Below, piece by piece: positions 57,569 to 64,000 of a stretch of DNA of 64,000 nucleotides. The DNA is taken from NCBI GenBank assembly GCA_018266915.1, contig JAFDZM010000017.1, forward strand, positions 52,639 to 116,638, written 5' to 3'. Position numbers and translations under genes: made by a program. Source of the stretch: Bacteroidota bacterium. Lineage in GTDB: Bacteria > Bacteroidota > Bacteroidia > Sphingobacteriales > Sphingobacteriaceae. The notes beneath the pieces are model-generated. The model was not told the origin of the DNA and made no database searches. It worked only from the letters and a program-made list of their open reading frames with translations. Position 1 is the first letter of the stretch; every line of letters begins with the position of its first letter.

Positions 57569-57576
57569 TATCTTTG
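57569..57576 (+). promoter_or_regulatory. -7 promoter element for M16 peptidase
   Basis: TATCTTTG, 7 nt before the ATG. Confidence 0.6.
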
Positions 57577-57583
57577 CTCCCTC

Positions 57584-58813
57584 ATGATTGACTACCAGGT
57601 TCATACCTTAACCAACGGTATCCGTATTTTACTAAAGCACTCGCCTTCAACTATTACGCATTGCTGTTTTGTGGTGAATGCCGGGTCGCGCGATGAGCCG
57701 GATGATAAGGCCGGGCTGGCTCACTTTATAGAGCACCTGCTGTTTAAAGAAACCGAGACCCGCAATACCAACCAGATATTAAACCGCCTGGAACTGGTAG
57801 GGGCTGATCTGAACGCTTATACCACCAAAGAATACACTTGTATACATGCCTCGCTGCTGAAACAGCACCTGGAGCGCACGGTCGACTTGTTTCAGGATAT
57901 TTTGTTTCATTCTACTTTTCCGCAGGATGAACTGGAAAAGGAACGCGGTGTGATTTTGGATGAGATAGCCTCTTACCTCGATCAGCCGGAAGAAGCCATC
58001 CAGGATGATTTTGAAGAGTTACTGTTTAAAGATCATGTTTTAGGCAAGAATATCCTCGGCACAACGGAAACGGTTTCTTCAATGGATAAGAAGGATATCC
58101 AGCGCTTCATCGCGGCCAATTATAATACTGAAGAAATGGTCTTTGCCATCTTTGGAGATCACGATCTAAAAAAAGTAATCAAACTGGCTGAGAAATATTT
58201 TGGTGACATCAAGCCAAATCATAATAAGAAGCACCGTCATAAACCTGCCGAAAGTATTGGTCAAAAGCTGAATGTTTTTCGCCCTATTGCCCAAACACAT
58301 TGCATCATTGGTAACCAGGCCTATCCATCGGCGCATCAGCATAAAACAGGCTTATTATTGCTGAACAACCTGCTTGGCGGAATGGGTATGAGTAACCGTC
58401 TGAACTTGGAGATCCGCGAGAAATATGGAATTGCTTATACTATAGAATCGAACTACACGCCCCTTTCGGACACGGGTATATTTTCCATTTACTTTGGTAC
58501 TGACGTTGAAAAAGCCGATAAAGCATCACGATTGGTCCATAAAGAACTAAAAAAACTTCGCGATCAAAAGCTGGGCACGCTGCAACTGCACCAGGCTAAA
58601 CAGAAGTTCATTGGACAGATCGCATTGGCAGAGGAGAACCGTATCGGACTGATTATATCCATGGCTAAAAGTCTATTGGATTTCGGTTATGTGGATACAT
58701 TAGACCAGGTATTCGCTAAAATAAATGCCTGTACAGCAGAGCAATTACTGGAGATAAGCAACGAAATTTTTGATAATAGGCTGACCACATTGTTGTTTGT
58801 GCCAAAAGAGTAA
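57584..58813 (+). CDS. M16 family (pitrilysin-like) zinc peptidase
   Basis: AHFIEHLLFK (HxxEH), NAYTTKE, LNLEIREKYGIAY. Confidence 0.93.
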   Translation: MIDYQVHTLTNGIRILLKHSPSTITHCCFVVNAGSRDEPDDKAGLAHFIEHLLFKETETRNTNQILNRLELVGADLNAYTTKEYTCIHASLLKQHLERTVDLFQDILFHSTFPQDELEKERGVILDEIASYLDQPEEAIQDDFEELLFKDHVLGKNILGTTETVSSMDKKDIQRFIAANYNTEEMVFAIFGDHDLKKVIKLAEKYFGDIKPNHNKKHRHKPAESIGQKLNVFRPIAQTHCIIGNQAYPSAHQHKTGLLLLNNLLGGMGMSNRLNLEIREKYGIAYTIESNYTPLSDTGIFSIYFGTDVEKADKASRLVHKELKKLRDQKLGTLQLHQAKQKFIGQIALAEENRIGLIISMAKSLLDFGYVDTLDQVFAKINACTAEQLLEISNEIFDNRLTTLLFVPKE

Positions 58814-58818
58814 AGGTG

Positions 58819-58826
58819 TATCTTTG
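58819..58826 (+). promoter_or_regulatory. -7 promoter element for def
   Basis: TATCTTTG, 4 nt before the ATG at 58831. Confidence 0.6.
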
Positions 58827-58830
58827 TGGG

Positions 58831-59403
58831 ATGAAGATGCCTATTATTGCCTATGGAGATCCGGTTTTAAGGAAAAAAGCTGTTGCTGTTGAACCGGATG
58901 AATACCCCAACATTAAACAACTGGTTGAAGATATGTTCGAAACCATGTATGGTGCGCGCGGGGTGGGGCTGGCTGCTCCACAGATAGGTATCTCTATGCG
59001 CTTGTTTGTTGTTGACGCTACGCCATTTGATGATGATGAACCCGAACTGGCTAACTTCAAAAAAGTATTCCTGAATGCACAAATACTGGATGAAAACGGC
59101 GATGAATGGTCGTTTAACGAGGGTTGTTTGAGTATCCCTGATATTCGTGAGGATGTATCGCGCAAACCGGTTATCCGTATTTCTTATTATGATGAGGACT
59201 GGAAACATCATGAAGAAACCTACAAAGGCATGGCGGCCCGCATCATTCAGCATGAATATGACCACATAGAAGGTAAGCTCTTTACCGATAAATTAAGCCC
59301 GCTGCGCAAGCGCCTGATCGAAAAGAAACTTAATGATATTTCTAAAGGGATTGTTGATGTGGATTATAAGATGAAATTTCCTGCTGCTAAGAAAGGACGA
59401 TAG
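58831..59403 (+). CDS. def: Peptide deformylase
   Basis: GVGLAAPQIG, EGCLS, QHEYDH. Confidence 0.97.
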   Translation: MKMPIIAYGDPVLRKKAVAVEPDEYPNIKQLVEDMFETMYGARGVGLAAPQIGISMRLFVVDATPFDDDEPELANFKKVFLNAQILDENGDEWSFNEGCLSIPDIREDVSRKPVIRISYYDEDWKHHEETYKGMAARIIQHEYDHIEGKLFTDKLSPLRKRLIEKKLNDISKGIVDVDYKMKFPAAKKGR

Positions 59404-59407
59404 TTTT

Positions 59408-59537
59408 TAGAGCCAGGAGTCAAGAACCAAGAGTCAAGAAAAAATTAAAATTATATTGAACCAGCCTTGATATAAGATAGCAGTAACTAGTCTTAGCAAA
59501 AAATCCTGATTCTTGAATCTTGGCTATTGATTCTAAA
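59408..59537. repeat. Palindrome of AGnCAAG heptamers
   Basis: AGCCAGG AGTCAAG AACCAAG AGTCAAG ... CCTGATT CTTGAAT CTTGGCT ATTGATT. Confidence 0.7.
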
Positions 59538-59540
59538 TCT

Positions 59541-60179
59541 CTAATTACCCGAAGCACGGGCTTTATCCCCCGCTGCAATCTGGTTCATTAAGGCACCCCA
59601 TGCTACAGGGTTCAGCAATGGATTGGGTTGAAGCGAATGCTGGTTGAGGATAGCATTATGTTCGTTTTGTGCCCATGAGGACGATATTTCCTGCCCGTCG
59701 CGTGGCAGATTGTTACCTGCAGCGCGGTTAACAGCACGCTCAAGGTTTTTTCGGGCAATTTCGAGATCGTCATCGGCCAGTTTCATAGCCAGAAAATCTT
59801 TCCTGAATTCGTCTGTAGTAGCCCATGGAAATACCCGGAAAGTAGGCAGATTGATTATACGTGGTTTGATATAAACCTGAGTAGTGTAGCTTTTACTTGG
59901 AACATTGGCAGGTATAACTACCTGGGTATTGCCATAACCAATGCTAGTAAATACTAAGGTATCCTGTTCATGTGCCACGAAGGAGAAATAGCCTTCGTAG
60001 TTGCTCATATAAACCTGGTTATGATTGCTGATGTTAGTGATAGTTACGTAAGGCACGATCACTTTTACGCTGTCGGCATTATGGATAACACCCGAGAACT
60101 GAACCAACGGCTTCTCCTTTTGCTGCGCAAAAGCTGCGGCAGCTATAAAGAATAAAAATATGCCTGATATATACTTCAC
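59541..60179 (-). CDS. Secreted carboxypeptidase-regulatory-like domain protein
   Basis: Signal peptide, SGVIHNA...VPYVTI...SNYEGYFS...DTLVFTSIGY. Confidence 0.75.
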   Translation of the reverse strand: MKYISGIFLFFIAAAAFAQQKEKPLVQFSGVIHNADSVKVIVPYVTITNISNHNQVYMSNYEGYFSFVAHEQDTLVFTSIGYGNTQVVIPANVPSKSYTTQVYIKPRIINLPTFRVFPWATTDEFRKDFLAMKLADDDLEIARKNLERAVNRAAGNNLPRDGQEISSSWAQNEHNAILNQHSLQPNPLLNPVAWGALMNQIAAGDKARASGN

Positions 60180-60291
60180 TGGTTAGGTTCTCTTTGTTTT
60201 ATACCTGACTTTTACGAAATAGTTTCAAAAAATGTCAGACAAAAATAGTGCATTGCATTAAACCCCAATGCAATTTAACAATACTTAACAA

Positions 60292-60570
60292 TTATCTCAA
60301 ATTTGCCGGGAGCACCGCATTCGGATCATCAATGTCGGTTAAATTGATGGCTTCTACGCCTTTTACCTCTGGAACGGCCTTTTTTATTGCTTCTTCAATA
60401 CCAGCTTTGAGGGTCATGATACTCATCGGGCACGAGCCGCAGGCACCAAGTAACTTTAATTTTACAATATGGTCAGGAGTTATTTCCTCCACCGAGACAT
60501 TCCCGCCGTCAGTCTCCAAATACGGACGAATCGTATTTAAAGCCTCTTCCACCTGATCTAATAAACTCAT
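60292..60570 (-). CDS. NifU/NfuA C-terminal domain Fe-S carrier
   Basis: IRPYLETDGGNV, LGACGSCPMS. Confidence 0.93.
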   Translation of the reverse strand: MSLLDQVEEALNTIRPYLETDGGNVSVEEITPDHIVKLKLLGACGSCPMSIMTLKAGIEEAIKKAVPEVKGVEAINLTDIDDPNAVLPANLR

Positions 60571-60600
60571 TTTAACTTATTTATATTAAATGTAAAGTTA

Positions 60601-61686
60601 TTAATTATTTACCAAATTTCTATTATTAGCTTCGGCATTATATATAGCAACCTGCTGGGCTACTTTTTGTGCCATTTCAGTAAATGCCTTGCTCATCGGA
60701 CTCTTTTCATCCAAAATAACCGGCTTACCAGCATCACCTGAATCGCTGATACCTTTCACCAATGGTATTTCACCCAAAAATGGCACTTCTAATTGCCCCG
60801 CTAATTTCTGACCACCGCCCTGGCCGAAGATATAATATTTGTTCTCCGGCAGCTCGGCAGGGGTAAAGTACGACATGTTTTCTACAATGCCAAGCAACGG
60901 CACGTTGATGGCACTCATCAGGAACATGCCTATACCCTTTTTGGCATCGGCTAAAGCCACATTCTGTGGAGTAGTAACAATAACCGCACCAGTAACTGGG
61001 AAGGTTTGCGCTACGGTAATGTGTACATCGCCTGTTCCTGGTGGCAGGTCGACAACCAAGTAATCCAGTTCGCCCCAATCGGCATCATTGAATAATTGTT
61101 TTACAGCTGTCGATACCATTGGCCCGCGCCATGGCACGGGTTGGTTTGGATCTGTAAAGAAACCGATAGACAATAGCTTGATGCCATATTTCTCAATCGG
61201 CTCAATGCGCGTCTTTCCATCCGCCTGGCTGGCTTTTGGTCGAGCTCCTTCCAAACCAAACATGATCGGGATAGATGGGCCGTAAATATCAGCATCGATC
61301 AAACCTACTTTGGCACCAGCCTGAGCAAGGCCCAATGCCAGGTTTACCGCAACAGTTGACTTGCCCACGCCACCTTTACCTGATGCTACCGCGATAATAT
61401 TTTTCACGCCGGGTACACCGGTATTTTTTTGCGTGGTAACACGCGAGGTCATATTAATGCTTACCTCGATATCCTTGCTGATAAAATGTGCTATTGCATT
61501 GCGGCAGGCATTTTCTATCAATCCTTTTAATGGGCAAGCCGGAGTAGTAAGGATAACCGAAAAGCTGAGATGGCTGCCTTCTATCTTGATGTCCTGGATC
61601 ATGTTAAGTGTTACCAGGTCTTTTTTCAGATCGGGTTCTTCCACATGGCCGAGGGCGTATAAAACTTGTTCCTGAGTTATATTCAT
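60601..61686 (-). CDS. mrp: Mrp/NBP35 (ApbC) Fe-S cluster carrier ATPase
   Basis: N-terminal LTTPACP, SGKGGVGKST, DADIYGPS, WRGPM, DLPPGTGD, ENMS. Confidence 0.95.
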   Translation of the reverse strand: MNITQEQVLYALGHVEEPDLKKDLVTLNMIQDIKIEGSHLSFSVILTTPACPLKGLIENACRNAIAHFISKDIEVSINMTSRVTTQKNTGVPGVKNIIAVASGKGGVGKSTVAVNLALGLAQAGAKVGLIDADIYGPSIPIMFGLEGARPKASQADGKTRIEPIEKYGIKLLSIGFFTDPNQPVPWRGPMVSTAVKQLFNDADWGELDYLVVDLPPGTGDVHITVAQTFPVTGAVIVTTPQNVALADAKKGIGMFLMSAINVPLLGIVENMSYFTPAELPENKYYIFGQGGGQKLAGQLEVPFLGEIPLVKGISDSGDAGKPVILDEKSPMSKAFTEMAQKVAQQVAIYNAEANNRNLVNN

Positions 61687-61862
61687 TGCAACTACAAAGC
61701 TAATAAACCGGGCTTAAAGCTATGTCATGTTAATGATAAAAAGCGGTTATCAAGAGCCGTTAAAAAAATCTTTTTGCAGAGTTAACTATACTGAGAAACA
61801 TTTTGTTGATGCTTGCGTTTGTATCGCATAAGAATTAGATTAGTTTTGGATAAATTTTTTTG

Positions 61863-64000
61863 ATGCATCGTCCTACCTCCAAATATATCCGCATAGCCGG
61901 AATAGTAGCTATTTCCCTGATTATCCTTTTATTAATAGGCGGTTATACTGCATATGGCAAGCGTGAAGCTATACTTCAAAAGGAGATCGCGAAAGCAAAA
62001 GAAAAGGCAAAAAAGGATTACAACTTAAATGTGAATATCGGTTCAGCCCATTTTACTGGGCTTACTACCGTTTCTCTTTCTGATATCACTGTAGTGCCTG
62101 ACCAGCGCGACAGTTTATTGAGTATTAAAAAGTTTGATGTCAGCATTAAGATCATTCCGCTCATATTCGGGAATGTAAAATTAGCTGATGTAGTACTGGA
62201 TAATGGGCACCTGAACCTGACCGATATTAAAGGCGTAAAGAACTTTGACTTCCTGTTCAAAAAGAAAAAAGATACCACAGAAAAGAAAGAACGCGCTGAT
62301 CTTTCGGTGTTGGCAAACAACTTGGTAAAGCAGGTTTTATATAAAATTCCGGATGATCTTGACCTGAGAAATTTCCTGATAACTTTTAAGAAGGACAGCG
62401 CCGGTATAAAGCTGCTTGCTCAAAGCGCCGTGATAAAAGACGGTAAGCTTAGTTCGACTATTAAGGTAAATGATACACTGGCTACCTGGCATTTTGCAGG
62501 TAAAATGCATCCGTCTGATAAAGACATCGATGTGCACTTATATGCCGATGGCAAAAAAGTGGAGATTCCGTACATACAGGACCGCTACCACTTGAAAGTG
62601 AATTTTGACACCGTCTCGACCAGGTTGGAAAAAGTGGAGAATAGTGACGGTGTTACCAAAATATACGGTTCGTGGTCGGTGAAAAACCTGCTGATCAATC
62701 ACCCGGCGTTATCCTCATCGGATATTATTGTTCCTGATGGCTCTATTGACGCTAATGTGTTTGTGGGGAAGAATTATGTTTCGTTGGACAGCTCGTCGGT
62801 GATCAAACTCAAAAAGATTGCCGTAAAAACCTATCTCAAATACCAGCTTTATCCTGTCAAGACGTACACGATAAAAGTGAACAGCGACTGGATGAACGCG
62901 CAGGATGTATTTGATTCATTCCCGCAAGGTATGTTCGATTCATTTGACGGCATTCAGGTTACCGGTAAAGTAAAATATCATCTGCATGTGTTCCTGGATT
63001 CATCTAATCCAGACCAGGTACAGTTTGAATCGGCTCTGGCGAAGGATAATCTTAATATAGTTAAATATGGTAAAACGGATTTAGGCAGACTAAACAGGCC
63101 ATTTACCTATACACCTTACGAAAAAGGGAAACCAATGCCGTCACGGATCATTGGTCCACAAAACCCGGATTATACGCCATTGCAGGATATTTCTCCCAAT
63201 GTGAAATATGCTGTAATGACTTCTGAAGATCCGTCTTTTTATACTAACCACGGCTTTGTAGAAGAATCGATCAGGCGCTCCATCGCTACCGATATTAAGC
63301 AAAAGAAATTTAAGCGGGGTGGTAGTACGATATCCATGCAGCTGATCAAAAATGCTTTCCTGAGCCGGGAGAAAACATTGTCGAGGAAGATTGAAGAGAT
63401 ATTGATCGTTTGGATGATCGAAAATAATAATGTCATGTCTAAAGACCGCATGCTGGAGGTTTACTTTAACATTGTAGAATGGGGCCGGGGAATTTATGGG
63501 ATCGGCGAGGCATCGCGTTATTATTTTGGTAAGTCACCATCCACCCTTACGCTGGGCGAGGGGATCTATTTGGCAAGTATTCTTCCGCACCCTAAAACCG
63601 GTTTGTATTCATTTCAACCGGATGGTTCGTTGCGACCGAGCCTGATCAACTATTATAATCTGATAGGCAAAATGATGGCCGCCAGAAAATGGACGGATCC
63701 TGATAGTTCAGGTTATGGTTATTATTCGGTGCGGTTAAAGGAAAGCCTTCGTCAGAATATCGCGCCGGTATCAACAGCAGTTGCTGACAGCCTAATGAAG
63801 CAGAACAACGACGACGACGATGTTGATGTTCAGCCTGTATTGAATACGCCAACTGTGCCTGAAAAGAAACCTAATTTCTTCCAGCGTTTATTTGGTAAAA
63901 AGGATACTACCGTACATAAGCAAATCGAAAAAGAATTCCCGATTGACACGGTGGGTAAAACCAAAAAACAAATCCGCCAGGAAAAGCGTGCCCAACGAAA
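61863..64000 (+). CDS. Large membrane-anchored protein with C-terminal peptidoglycan transglycosylase (GT51) domain (runs off window)
   Basis: Not in the ORF track. MHRPTSKYIR + TM at the start; same frame gives SEDPSFY, GGSTISMQLIKN, RKIEE, EVYFNIVEWG, IYGIGEASRYYFGK. Frame spot-checked, not read end to end. Confidence 0.88.
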   Translation, partial: MHRPTSKYIRIAGIVAISLIILLLIGGYTAYGKREAILQKEIAKAKEKAKKDYNLNVNIGSAHFTGLTTVSLSDITVVPDQRDSLLSIKKFDVSIKIIPLIFGNVKLADVVLDNGHLNLTDIKGVKNFDFLFKKKKDTTEKKERADLSVLANNLVKQVLYKIPDDLDLRNFLITFKKDSAGIKLLAQSAVIKDGKLSSTIKVNDTLATWHFAGKMHPSDKDIDVHLYADGKKVEIPYIQDRYHLKVNFDTVSTRLEKVENSDGVTKIYGSWSVKNLLINHPALSSSDIIVPDGSIDANVFVGKNYVSLDSSSVIKLKKIAVKTYLKYQLYPVKTYTIKVNSDWMNAQDVFDSFPQGMFDSFDGIQVTGKVKYHLHVFLDSSNPDQVQFESALAKDNLNIVKYGKTDLGRLNRPFTYTPYEKGKPMPSRIIGPQNPDYTPLQDISPNVKYAVMTSEDPSFYTNHGFVEESIRRSIATDIKQKKFKRGGSTISMQLIKNAFLSREKTLSRKIEEILIVWMIENNNVMSKDRMLEVYFNIVEWGRGIYGIGEASRYYFGKSPSTLTLGEGIYLASILPHPKTGLYSFQPDGSLRPSLINYYNLIGKMMAARKWTDPDSSGYGYYSVRLKESLRQNIAPVSTAVADSLMKQNNDDDDVDVQPVLNTPTVPEKKPNFFQRLFGKKDTTVHKQIEKEFPIDTVGKTKKQIRQEKRAQR

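Noticed and set aside
23658-59537. CRISPR arrays suggested by periodic repeats
   Set aside because: Units are 7-9 nt with no unique spacers, arranged as inverted arms, and no cas genes are present.
63800-63830. GAC trinucleotide run
   Set aside because: It encodes a short poly-Asp linker in the transglycosylase C-terminal tail and is too short to suggest a contingency locus.

Overview
This is a Bacteroidota chromosomal window, most likely Sphingobacteriaceae/Mucilaginibacter-like. The assignment is inferred from gene content and the recurrent TAnnTTTG -7 promoter motif. Most of it is housekeeping backbone: dusB, cdsA-psd, rplS-trmD-rimM-rpsP, pfkA, dsbD, rsfS-ftsH, nif3, mfd, hpt, def, mrp and a transglycosylase. 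Three accessory loci stand out. (1) 1-12491 is the right end of an integrated island that ends in a degenerate tRNA-Pro 3' end (att-like) plus a terminator. It carries a coupled operon of MORC-type GHKL ATPase/histidine kinase, split-receiver protein, C5 DNA methyltransferase, Vsr and a >540-aa PD-(D/E)xK-like protein that the ORF track misses. Divergent from it is a sacsin/NOV-type ATPase-DUF3883 nuclease gene. (2) 37450-39954 is a four-gene signalling cassette: a small protein ending in PPPPCPPWC, a stand-alone 7TM protein, a 1-TM HisKA_3 kinase and a NarL/LuxR regulator, with an upstream palindromic operator. (3) 54423-57409 is the best candidate for an undescribed system. It is an AT-rich, translationally coupled four-gene operon: a small protein with an N-terminal MGSSGSG tail and HIRAN-like body, a PfkB kinase-nucleoside deoxyribosyltransferase fusion, a QueC-family enzyme and an HhH-GPD glycosylase-like protein. 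It shares parts with type IV CBASS and QatABCD but lacks their core genes. I hypothesise a QueC-dependent deazaguanine base/protein-conjugation anti-phage system, with deazaguanine salvage as the alternative. Intergenic palindromes of several families are also present (one CGTC-type REP and five elements built from 7- or 9-nt periodic units). No rRNA, intact tRNA or CRISPR array was seen. All domain calls come from motif recognition by eye; no database searches were run.
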